From a bacterium (GTDB lineage Bacteria > Muiribacteriota > UBA6191): a stretch of 19,957 nt of DNA. Shown in pieces: positions 1 through 8,470 of this stretch (the stretch's first letter is position 1; every line of letters starts with the position of its first letter). The position numbers and the translations under genes are program-made. The notes beneath the pieces were generated by a model. It searched no databases. It was not told the DNA's origin and saw only the letters and a list, made by a program, of their open reading frames with translations. The stretch spans positions 1-19,957 of the forward strand of contig JAYZAC010000154.1 in NCBI GenBank assembly GCA_036339875.1, read 5' to 3'.

Positions 1-7
1 AACAGTT

Positions 8-1378
8 ATGAGCGTACTAAACTATGATCGTTTAAATCAGCTTGTGACCGGGGTGTATCCTATCACATTGCGGGAGATCGTCCACGGTGACACAGTGGCA
101 GCCTTAATTTCAGCAGCAGATTACTTCAGCTATGGTGGAGGCGGCGATCGATCTAAGCGTCAACTAATGATTCGCAAAGGTACCAACTTAAAGAAAATTA
201 AGAAGGCTTTACAACGAATTCTAGAAGGTGAGTCGGCTGGAAAGGAAGGAGACCGTAGCCCCGCCAAGTTAGGTGATGCAGATGGCAACACTGTAACATC
301 GCTTGAAATAGTCGTTGATGAGCATAGTATGCTGTACTTCATCGAGACTTTGGACCCCACCTTTGATGAGCTTGAGAAATTTGTGAAATATCATGATCTC
401 AAAGCAAGACTTCAGCATGACGGCCTTAAGTACTTTTCAAAAGCAATGTCTTTTGCCCGAAGGATATTCAAGAAAAGAGAAGCTACTTTTTACTTTTTTG
501 AACTTAGAGATCAAGATAAATTTGGTTTATTTCAGAATTGCGTTGTCTCAATATTTTCGATGATTCTCGCCCTAAATTTTGGCATGCCAGAAGAGGAAGT
601 TAAGCGAATTGGAATGGCTGGACTTTTTCATGATGCTGGTGATGAAGATTATCTAACATCAAAAGACTCTACCCGAGACACTATGGTTGAGAAAAAAATT
701 GACGCTGGAACTTTTCTACTTCAGAAACTTGATCTTGATCCCAAAGTAATTGAAATAGTGAGACACCAACACGATAACTTAGTAGAAGAAAAAGAATATT
801 TACCTAGCGCTATTCTTCAGACTGTAGTGGCACTTGTCTGCTACACCTCGAAGGGAACCTTTTGTGTTGGTCACCACATTGAAGAGGTAGATGCTGGGAG
901 AGCAATCCATAGCGCTGTAGCCAAACTAGTGATCGCTAGTAATCCCAAGGTCAATGAAACATGCCCAGAATCTATTTTTAATGAAAAGGTTATTGATCGA
1001 TTGGCAACGGTATTTGGTTTCGGATTTCTGATTACTAAAGAACGACAAATCAGAAATGAAATTCTTAAATCATGTAAATATTCTAACGTTCTCAGTAATC
1101 GTGCAAGTGTTGCATGCGAGCACCCCCATTACGAGGAAAATACTCATAAAGAAATAGAATTCTGTGATGGTCAAAGCTTCCCCACTAATATTTGTGGAAA
1201 TAGAGGACGTAGTAGGCTTGTACCTAAGTGTCTAATTGGATGCGAACTACTCGCAGATATAAATGAAGAGTATATGAATCAATCAGAGGATAAGCCTAGC
1301 TCAAGCTCAAATTCCAGTTCTGGTGCCGCTCCAGTTAGTGACCAGTCAGGCGGACAAGACTCCGGCTCTGACGAGTAG
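8..1378 (+). CDS. HD-GYP-like (HD domain) protein, probably catalytically degenerate, with Cys-rich C-terminal region
   Basis: ALNFGMPEEEVKRIGMAGLFHDAGD matches the HD-GYP helix plus HD motif. IVRHQHD sits at the HHE position, and no GYP motif is visible. Six Cys lie in the last ~100 aa, followed by a Ser-rich tail. The start is near the window edge, so its upstream context is not visible. Confidence 0.6.
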   Translation: MSVLNYDRLNQLVTGVYPITLREIVHGDTVAALISAADYFSYGGGGDRSKRQLMIRKGTNLKKIKKALQRILEGESAGKEGDRSPAKLGDADGNTVTSLEIVVDEHSMLYFIETLDPTFDELEKFVKYHDLKARLQHDGLKYFSKAMSFARRIFKKREATFYFFELRDQDKFGLFQNCVVSIFSMILALNFGMPEEEVKRIGMAGLFHDAGDEDYLTSKDSTRDTMVEKKIDAGTFLLQKLDLDPKVIEIVRHQHDNLVEEKEYLPSAILQTVVALVCYTSKGTFCVGHHIEEVDAGRAIHSAVAKLVIASNPKVNETCPESIFNEKVIDRLATVFGFGFLITKERQIRNEILKSCKYSNVLSNRASVACEHPHYEENTHKEIEFCDGQSFPTNICGNRGRSRLVPKCLIGCELLADINEEYMNQSEDKPSSSSNSSSGAAPVSDQSGGQDSGSDE

Positions 1379-2026
1379 CGGATCTTTTACTCCTGCTTTC
1401 TCGAAGCCTTTCGATCGCAACTCACAAGCAGCACATTTCTGACAGGGTGGAAATTCCCCAGCATAACAGGTGTGCGAATACGCCAATGCATCTAATGCAC
1501 CTAATTCTCTGGCTAGTTTTACCGTTTCTGCTTTAGAAAGAAACATCAAAGGTGTGTGTAAACAAAAGTTTGCTTCCATTCCAAGGTTCAAAGTTGCTTG
1601 AAGAGATTTAATTGTATCGTCTCTACAATCGGGGTATCCCGAAAAATCAGTCTCGCAAACTCCCGTAACAATATGTCTAATACCTTTTTGATAAGAAAAA
1701 GCTGCCGCCGCAGACAGCATTATGAGATTTCTACCGGGAACAAAAGTATTTGGAAGAGACGTATGCTGATTATTATCCAAGATTTCGTCTCCAGTTAAGG
1801 CATTACCTCCCAATTGTTCAAATAAACTAATCTTCAAGCATTCAATTTTCACTCCCGCCATATCTGCTATGCGATACGCGGATTCAAGTTCAATCTTGTG
1901 ACGCTGACCATAATCAAAACAAATGGCTGTTACAGAATTAAAATATTTTATTGCCCAGAATAAACATGTAGTTGAATCTTGCCCACCCGAAAACAATACA
2001 AGAGCATCATGTTCTTTCAAGCTCAT
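1346..2026 (-). CDS. queC: 7-cyano-7-deazaguanine (preQ0) synthase QueC
   Basis: PP-loop LFSGGQDSTT, FDYGQRH, TFVPGRN, GYPDCR and the Zn motif TCY-x6-CxxCxxC. Start moved from TTG 2038 to ATG 2026, which has GGAG 6 nt upstream and an ATGA overlap with the queD stop. Confidence 0.96.
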   Translation of the reverse strand: MSLKEHDALVLFSGGQDSTTCLFWAIKYFNSVTAICFDYGQRHKIELESAYRIADMAGVKIECLKISLFEQLGGNALTGDEILDNNQHTSLPNTFVPGRNLIMLSAAAAFSYQKGIRHIVTGVCETDFSGYPDCRDDTIKSLQATLNLGMEANFCLHTPLMFLSKAETVKLARELGALDALAYSHTCYAGEFPPCQKCAACELRSKGFEKAGVKDPLLVRAGVLSA

Positions 2027-3042
2027 CTCATTCTCCAATCTAAATATGGAATCGCGCCACTGAGTTGACTTATAGATTCTATTCTGTAGGCGCCTCTCGT
2101 GGGTAAAAACTGCAAGCAGAAGTCGTATTTATTTTGAGGTGAAGATTTTTGACTGAACCAGTCTAATAAACCTTCGCAAGAATTTACGCGCCCTTCTAAA
2201 ATATTTGATAAATCTTGATGATCTACCTGATCAATCAGAGGCTTTATCTGCAATTTTATCTCAGAAAAATCTAGTACCCAGTCATATGGCTTAACTAGGC
2301 CTCCAGTAACTCCTGCAGTTAACTTAAAGCTATGTCCGGAGATCGTATCTGAAGAAGGTCTCCATACACTTTCAAAATCAAATGATTTCCAACAAGTCCA
2401 CATATTATTTCCGTGATAGCAAGCTGCAGAGGCTTCAGTTTCAATACAAAAAATATTAAAGATATCAAGAGATCTTGCAGTCAATTTCGTATATATCCAC
2501 AAAGTAATATTCTCAGAAGTCGGATTGTCTAATCCCTTAATATCATTCAAAATACAATGATCTAACTCGTCCTTGATATCCTCACAGCAGGTATTAAGAT
2601 GATCTATCATTTGGCTGGTCTGATTATCAAAAATCTTAGTCTTAATTGAAATCCATAGTCCAAAGTTATGACCATGTAGTCTCCGGCACTTATGATTTTC
2701 AGGGACATGAGGAAGAAAATGGGCAGTTTGTAGCAAAACATATTTAGAAATCACATAATGATCATTAATCTTATGAAATCTTAAATCACTAGGACAACGC
2801 ATTTCCCAATCAAAATTACATGAGCTTAAATTACTCATTGTTGTTAGAGGATATACGCTATCTAATTCTCCCCAATGTTTTCGATTTGTCTCAGAAAACC
2901 ATTCTTTTTTGAGATTTTTCATTGAACTCATAAGTGAGGCATAGTTGCCATTGAAAATCCGAAGTCCGAACTCTCCACCGTAATTTTCGCCCCGATGAGT
3001 ATAATAGCTCCACCATTTTAGCTGATCAAAATGCCAGAACAT
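2023..3042 (-). CDS. queD: 6-carboxy-5,6,7,8-tetrahydropterin synthase QueD, multi-domain (two clear and one putative T-fold repeats)
   Basis: The central domain has TAHFLPHVPENHKCRRLHGHNF, LDH, GLDNPTSE and ET motifs. A second copy has SGHSF...WVLDFSEIK...VDH. The gene lies between queE and queC. Start set to ATG 3042, 1 nt after the queE stop; the ORF track start at 3105 overlaps queE. Confidence 0.88.
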   Translation of the reverse strand: MFWHFDQLKWWSYYTHRGENYGGEFGLRIFNGNYASLMSSMKNLKKEWFSETNRKHWGELDSVYPLTTMSNLSSCNFDWEMRCPSDLRFHKINDHYVISKYVLLQTAHFLPHVPENHKCRRLHGHNFGLWISIKTKIFDNQTSQMIDHLNTCCEDIKDELDHCILNDIKGLDNPTSENITLWIYTKLTARSLDIFNIFCIETEASAACYHGNNMWTCWKSFDFESVWRPSSDTISGHSFKLTAGVTGGLVKPYDWVLDFSEIKLQIKPLIDQVDHQDLSNILEGRVNSCEGLLDWFSQKSSPQNKYDFCLQFLPTRGAYRIESISQLSGAIPYLDWRMR

Positions 3043-3043
3043 C

Positions 3044-3688
3044 TCATACACCTTTAGCTTGGGGATCCCAAATAACCTTATGAATTTGAATTTGAAATCG
3101 AACATCTAATCCTGAGTTAAGAATCCATTCAACAAGACTGGATGGATCCATTAGGTCATATACAGGACTAAATAAAACCTTTGCTCTTTTACTCAAATCA
3201 TATTTTCTAACCAGATTCGCTGACCAATCAAAATCATTTCTATCCTGAATAACGAATTTCACCTCATCATGTGATTGAAGAAGTTCTAAATTTCCATAAT
3301 GATTTTTTCGCTCCATTTTAGATGCCGGACACTTCATATCAATAATTTTACGAACTTCTAGGGGCACATTATCACATAATATGTGCCCACCCGTTTCAAG
3401 TAAAACCTCGAAACCCTCATCCAGTAGTGCTTGCATGAAATCACATATCAAATCTTGCTCCATAGGCTCGCCACCAGTAACTTCAACAAGCGGTATATTT
3501 AGAGCTCGAACCTCATTCAGAATACTTTTTATATCCATCCAGGAGCCTTCATGATAGGCATGTTTTGTATCGCACCATGTACATCTTAATTTGCAACCAC
3601 TCGTTCTAACGAAAGTACAAGGTCGACCTACATGGGTAGATTCACCTTGTACAGACCGATAAATTTCATGAATTTTAATTTTATCCAC
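3044..3688 (-). CDS. queE: 7-carboxy-7-deazaguanine synthase QueE (radical SAM)
   Basis: EIYRSVQGES, FVRTSGCKLRCTWCDT (CxxxCxxC), VTGGEP, LETGG and C-terminal QIQIHKVIW. GTG start with AGGAG 5 nt upstream. Confidence 0.95.
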   Translation of the reverse strand: MDKIKIHEIYRSVQGESTHVGRPCTFVRTSGCKLRCTWCDTKHAYHEGSWMDIKSILNEVRALNIPLVEVTGGEPMEQDLICDFMQALLDEGFEVLLETGGHILCDNVPLEVRKIIDMKCPASKMERKNHYGNLELLQSHDEVKFVIQDRNDFDWSANLVRKYDLSKRAKVLFSPVYDLMDPSSLVEWILNSGLDVRFQIQIHKVIWDPQAKGV

Positions 3689-3788
3689 TTATACTCCTGT
3701 GAGCATAGTTAATTTTCTTTAGAAAAATCTACACTTTTTGAAAAACCTTCATTTCCATAAAAATAGAGCATATTTTAATTTCACATAA

Positions 3789-4289
3789 TCATAGAAAAAA
3801 TATCTCAAAAACATATTTACCTTGTAGCCTTTGTTCATGAGCCCATTTTGTGATTAGGCTATCGTTTTTACTGTAATCCTTGGTAGTTATATCCCATCGT
3901 AAATACAAAGAATTATCGATGTTTTGCGATGATACCAACAGAAAAGAGCCTTTCAATCGGCCTAAAACATTACCTGAAAGATATAGATGATTAGAAGTTG
4001 CAAGATAACTCATTAAATCTTCACATCTAAATTTGATTTTGTAGCTCGCTTTAGAAACTATATCTAGTGGTACCATACTGCAGTCGTCTATTGAGGCTAA
4101 ATGATTATCTATACTGTAAATTGGTGGAGTTTGGTAAGAACTAAATGTCAGATTATTAGGACCTGCCAAAAGTGATGCAGCATCCTCTAGCTCTGTAAGG
4201 TGCTTAAAATGATGCGGCACGAATTCGACTGCCAGAACAGTTAACTGAGCAAAAGAAATAATGACTAAATGTAAAATAAACGCGATCAT
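3789..4289 (-). CDS. hypothetical exported protein
   Basis: Open frame. The ATG at 4289 gives MIAFILHLVIISFAQLTVLA, a signal-peptide-like N-terminus, and lies just downstream of a sigma70-like promoter. The ORF track start is GTG 4313. Confidence 0.65.
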   Translation of the reverse strand: MIAFILHLVIISFAQLTVLAVEFVPHHFKHLTELEDAASLLAGPNNLTFSSYQTPPIYSIDNHLASIDDCSMVPLDIVSKASYKIKFRCEDLMSYLATSNHLYLSGNVLGRLKGSFLLVSSQNIDNSLYLRWDITTKDYSKNDSLITKWAHEQRLQGKYVFEIFFL

Positions 4290-4297
4290 AACTCTAC

Positions 4298-4326
4298 AGT
4301 ATAGCCGTCTCACTGCGTGTTCCCAA
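4298..4326 (-). promoter_or_regulatory. putative sigma70-type promoter (TTGGGA-17-TATACT), leaderless or near-leaderless
   Basis: -35 at 4326-4321, -10 at 4303-4298, ATG 8 nt downstream, no Shine-Dalgarno. Confidence 0.55.
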
Positions 4327-4423
4327 GCTTGCTGATAAAAAGCTAAAAGTCTTGAGGATCAAGTTTTAATGAAAGCACACAGATTTACCTTCAGAATATT
4401 ACAAATGTTAGATCCCCTAACAT

Positions 4424-4452
4424 TTGCCTCTCAAAAAACGTACTCATATGGT
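4424..4452 (+). promoter_or_regulatory. putative sigma70-type promoter of the cyclase gene (TTGCCT-17-TATGGT)
   Basis: Hexamers at 4424-4429 and 4447-4452 with 17-nt spacing, 11 nt before the GTG at 4464. Confidence 0.4.
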
Positions 4453-4463
4453 CTAATTGATAT

Positions 4464-7400
4464 GTGTTAAATACAAAACAATTTGTGCAACAATTCAAGA
4501 CTCACGATCAAATTCAGCGTTCATTTTTTTTTGATAAACTTAATACTTACCTCGAAAAACTTTTAAACCCTCAATACTTGTTCTACTTTGAGCAGGAAGA
4601 TCTACTAGATGAAGCTCGCTTCATTGAGGGTAATGCGGAAGCTAAAAGACTCGAGAAAGATCAATATTTCTACTATTTCAAGGATCTAGCCTTCCACTAT
4701 TTTGATAAAGAACCCACGATACTAAATGAGGTCTCAATAACTATTCCAGGAACAATTTTTCATTCTGTAATGTTTGTTCCTTTACAACTCAGTGACTACC
4801 GTAAAGGTGTGCTTATTCTTGCAAACCCAGAAAATCAAAAGGTTTTTACCAATAAAGATATTCAAGTTTTACTATCTCTAAAAGAAGACTGTCGAGAAAT
4901 TATAGAAAGAATTCGGTTGAGAAAGCAACTCAGTCGCGCAAATATGGAAATCGAGTTAATTAATCGTATTAATCAAATTGTTCATACAAGCAATGTGACA
5001 GAATTCTTTTTCCAAAAACTAATTGATATAACCCAAGACACTCTAGATTGTAAGGCAATTATCTTTTTAACTTACGAATTTGATCGACAGATATATGTTT
5101 TAGAAGCGGGCAATGTTGCCGGAAGAGACTTTTGGATCGGTCAAACAGAATTTTTTAGATCTCTAGCTCAAGACTCTGAATTTAGAGGTATCTTTTGTGA
5201 AAGTTATGGCGGTAAGCACTTTAAAGGCGAAAAATATGGTTTAGATAGATTAGAAACTGCCTTAGTTGCTCCAGTTGATTTTTACGGCCAATCTCGAGGT
5301 GTTTTCATCCTACTAAATAAGGCTGAACAAACTAATTTTACGCAACTAGATATTAAATTGGTTCAAATTATTTGTGGCTATACGAAGGCAATTTTATTCC
5401 GAGATTTGGAAAAACAAAAATTGGTTTCTTTATTCAAAAAATTCGTCAGCGATGATATAGGTGAAAATTTACTTCACACACGTTCACAAGATTTATTTCT
5501 CGAGCAAAAACAGGAAATAACTATTCTGTTTATGGATTTAAATGGCTTCACCGCCTTTGCAGAATCCTCAGAACCCGATCAAGTTACTCAACAACTGAAT
5601 CTATATTTCGATGAAATGACGAAACTAATTGTGAAATATGGTGGAACTTTAGATAAGTATCTAGGAGACGGAATCATGGCGCTCTTCGGTGCACCTAATA
5701 AAGTCTTCAATCATGCTGAACTAGCTGTGGAATGTGCTTTCGCAATGCAAGAGAGAATGAGTTCTATCAACGAAACATGGGCGAGAGATAATCTCGAACC
5801 GTTGTCAGCAAGTATCGGTATTAATACGGGAGAAGCTATGGTTGGAACCGTTGGCTGCGATCAATTTATGGATTTCACAGCTATCGGAGACTCTGTTAAT
5901 GTTGCCTCTAGGCTATCTGACGAAGCACGAAATGGAAGCATTCTTATCGGTGATACTACATGGAAATCGATGAAAGATGTTTTAGTTTACAAGAGAATGG
6001 CTACAGTCAAATTGAAGGGAAAAAGGCTTGAAATGCAAACCTATGAGGTTCACTCATTAAAAAGCATTGATCAACTAAAGAATGATATTAAAACTGCTGA
6101 GGAATCAAATCAAATAAGCATATTAAATGCATTAGGTCGCTGTTTAACTTACAGGCCTTACGACTTATCATTAGAATACGTTAATCAAGGTAGTTTAAAG
6201 ATCCGTCAAACCGCTATCAAGGCAGTTGGCCATCTTAACAAAGCAAAGCACGTGGAGCCATTAATCCAAGCTTTAAATTCTGATAATCAACCTCAAATTC
6301 AAAATATAATCTTAGATACAATTTGTAAAATAGATATAGACGTAATCCGCCCCATGTTAGACAGATCATTAAAGGGGCTAAGTAAATCCTATCAACGAAC
6401 TGTTCTCCAGGCTACAATCGAATCTCGAACATGTGAAGACCGACGCTTACTGTTGGCTCTAATAAAGTCTCTTCAAGATAAAGAGGAGTCCAGCTCAACC
6501 TTAATAGCAGACTTAACCAACATTCTGTACCAAGATGATGGTATAAAAATTACTACATCTTTATTAAATCAACTCCAAAGAGGTTCAAATAAACTGAAAA
6601 TTGCCGCCATAAACGCACTTTCTAAAATTGCAGCACCACAGATTGCCGTCCCCCTAATGGAGAGTTTTCAGAATAATTCAGACCCCAATGTATTATTACA
6701 ATTCTCAAAAGCTATCGGTAATTTAACTGATCCTAGAACTCTCCAGGTACTAAGCCATCTTTTCGGAAATTCAAAAAAATACGTGACTTGGGACGAATTC
6801 CTAAAGTTACGACAAACTGATAGCTCGAGTAGCTCTTTCACCAATGTACTCGTAAATGGAGATATATACTTAAAATACTCTTGCTTGTATTACTTACTTG
6901 GAAAGGATAATTTTGAGATCAAAGAACTACTGTTAGATATTTTAGATTCTAGCTCAAATGTAAATCTCAAGCTACTTGCAATAAAGTGTATGTCAAAACT
7001 GCCGAATGACATAATCCTAACAAAATTATGTGAACAATACGGTCAGAGTGACAAACTTGATCAAGTGATTTTGAGTGAGATCGGATTTCGTAAATCAACA
7101 AAACATACCGATCTAGTTCTTAGCGCAATTTCTAAGAATAATCCTATGATCCAAATCCAAGCTATTTCTGCTTTAGGTAAATTAGGTCACCCAAACTCAC
7201 TACAAGTTATAATAGACATACTCAAAAAAGCACAGAATGCTAACGTAACCGCAACTGTAATGCAGCAATTAGGGTCCTTCGATAATCCACTATCAACAGA
7301 AGCTTTAATACAAGCATTGTATTCTCCTATCGGAAGGATTCGTGCAAATGCAATTGAGTCGTTAATGAAGCTTGGGAAAACTGAAGCCCTAAGTCGTATT

Positions 7401-7670
7401 GAACGGCTACTATCGGATGATAATAATCGAGTTAGGGCTAATGCTGCTTTAGCATGTCTCAAATTTGGCAAAAAAAGAGCTTTTAAGTCACTTGTTGATA
7501 TGAGTCAATCACCAAATAAATGGATGCGTCTTTCATGCTTATGGGCATTACATGTTAGCGGTATTACAGAAAGTCGAAAGGTAATTGCAGGACTTCTAAA
7601 TGATCCCGACTACGATGTAATTATGGCATCCGTAAACTTTTTAAAGAAGAATAAATCCCAAAGGATCTAA
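4464..7670 (+). CDS. class III adenylate/guanylate cyclase with N-terminal GAF domains and C-terminal HEAT repeats
   Basis: Cyclase motifs ITILFMDLNGFT, LDKYLGDGIMALFGAP, SIGINTG and FTAIGDSVNVASRL. GAF-like ends VLILAN...FTNKD and FILLNK...FTQLD. HEAT/PBS-like repeats such as RIRANAIESLMKLG and DDNNRVRANAALAC. Confidence 0.9.
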   Translation: MLNTKQFVQQFKTHDQIQRSFFFDKLNTYLEKLLNPQYLFYFEQEDLLDEARFIEGNAEAKRLEKDQYFYYFKDLAFHYFDKEPTILNEVSITIPGTIFHSVMFVPLQLSDYRKGVLILANPENQKVFTNKDIQVLLSLKEDCREIIERIRLRKQLSRANMEIELINRINQIVHTSNVTEFFFQKLIDITQDTLDCKAIIFLTYEFDRQIYVLEAGNVAGRDFWIGQTEFFRSLAQDSEFRGIFCESYGGKHFKGEKYGLDRLETALVAPVDFYGQSRGVFILLNKAEQTNFTQLDIKLVQIICGYTKAILFRDLEKQKLVSLFKKFVSDDIGENLLHTRSQDLFLEQKQEITILFMDLNGFTAFAESSEPDQVTQQLNLYFDEMTKLIVKYGGTLDKYLGDGIMALFGAPNKVFNHAELAVECAFAMQERMSSINETWARDNLEPLSASIGINTGEAMVGTVGCDQFMDFTAIGDSVNVASRLSDEARNGSILIGDTTWKSMKDVLVYKRMATVKLKGKRLEMQTYEVHSLKSIDQLKNDIKTAEESNQISILNALGRCLTYRPYDLSLEYVNQGSLKIRQTAIKAVGHLNKAKHVEPLIQALNSDNQPQIQNIILDTICKIDIDVIRPMLDRSLKGLSKSYQRTVLQATIESRTCEDRRLLLALIKSLQDKEESSSTLIADLTNILYQDDGIKITTSLLNQLQRGSNKLKIAAINALSKIAAPQIAVPLMESFQNNSDPNVLLQFSKAIGNLTDPRTLQVLSHLFGNSKKYVTWDEFLKLRQTDSSSSSFTNVLVNGDIYLKYSCLYYLLGKDNFEIKELLLDILDSSSNVNLKLLAIKCMSKLPNDIILTKLCEQYGQSDKLDQVILSEIGFRKSTKHTDLVLSAISKNNPMIQIQAISALGKLGHPNSLQVIIDILKKAQNANVTATVMQQLGSFDNPLSTEALIQALYSPIGRIRANAIESLMKLGKTEALSRIERLLSDDNNRVRANAALACLKFGKKRAFKSLVDMSQSPNKWMRLSCLWALHVSGITESRKVIAGLLNDPDYDVIMASVNFLKKNKSQRI

Positions 7671-7761
7671 CTCTAAAGTTATCAATTATTATTCTAATTA
7701 TTAATTTCTTTAATTCTTAGACTGTACAGTTAACAGTTAATCAAATATATTCTCGGATCTC

Positions 7762-8457
7762 ATGGAATTCAAAGAATCAGAAAATCCACTTCCCGGACTT
7801 CTATTTGGTATTTTACTGCCTTCAATTGTACTTCTTAAATTGAGCGGATCAGAATACTTGGGAGCGATGGGTGCGTTTTGGCTTGCAATTAGTTTTCCTT
7901 TACTTCTAAGTTTTTATGAACTAAGGAAGTCTGGAAAAATATCTTGGATACCGGCACTCGGCGGCTTGCAAGTTCTAGCTACTGGAGCAATCGGACTCTT
8001 ACATGCTGACCCTCTATGGATAGCAGTAAAAGAAGCTATATTACCTTTGGCACTGGGTATAGCCGTCTGGATTAGTTCGAATGGAAAACAACCTATCTTA
8101 CATAAGTTATTTCTTAATGAAGAAATCATAGATGTTCAGAGAATAAAATTAAAACTAGATGAGCTTGGCTTAAAAAATGCATTGGAATCGGCCATCTCGA
8201 GAGCTCATAAAATAATCTCGTTTGCCTTTTTCCTGTCGGCTACACTTAACTTTGCTCTCGCCCGTTACTTAGTTCAAAGCCCCGTTGGGAGTGAGGCATT
8301 TAATCAGGAATTAGGAAAAATGACGGCCTTAAGCTTCCCAGTAATCGCTGTTCCTTCCATGATGGTTATGATATGGAGTTATATCTCTTTTCTAAGAGAG
8401 CTAGCTAGATTACTTAATGTACCCATGAAAGATATTATCAGGTCTGACGAAAGCTAA
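7762..8457 (+). CDS. VC0807-family-like integral membrane protein
   Basis: Multiple hydrophobic segments. ENPL...ILLP, WIAVKEAILP and AFNQELGKMTALSFPVIAVPSM are recalled as typical of this family. Confidence 0.75.
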   Translation: MEFKESENPLPGLLFGILLPSIVLLKLSGSEYLGAMGAFWLAISFPLLLSFYELRKSGKISWIPALGGLQVLATGAIGLLHADPLWIAVKEAILPLALGIAVWISSNGKQPILHKLFLNEEIIDVQRIKLKLDELGLKNALESAISRAHKIISFAFFLSATLNFALARYLVQSPVGSEAFNQELGKMTALSFPVIAVPSMMVMIWSYISFLRELARLLNVPMKDIIRSDES

Positions 8458-8470
8458 ATCACACTAAACC

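Noticed and set aside
160..360. 66-aa minus-strand ORF
   Set aside because: Antisense shadow inside the HD-domain gene, with no motif.
1598..1798. 66-aa plus-strand ORF
   Set aside because: Antisense shadow of queC.
1346..3688. 7-deazaguanine DNA-modification (dpd) defence island
   Set aside because: No dpdA/tgt paralog, dpdB/C, folE, helicase or mobility genes are in the window. Housekeeping queuosine precursor synthesis is the simpler reading.
3689..3788. preQ1 riboswitch upstream of queE
   Set aside because: No class I pattern (short stem, GUUC/UACAC-type loop and AAAAAACUAA-like tail) could be matched by eye; the region is simply AT-rich. An Rfam/Infernal scan would be decisive.
7680..7741. 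Short repeats and palindrome (AATTATT x2, ACAGTTA x2, ACTGTACAGT)
   Set aside because: Too short and AT-rich to separate from chance; no repeat-spacer periodicity, so not a CRISPR array.
7187..8129. Minus-strand ORFs 7187-7471 and 7914-8129
   Set aside because: Antisense shadows of the cyclase and membrane-protein genes.
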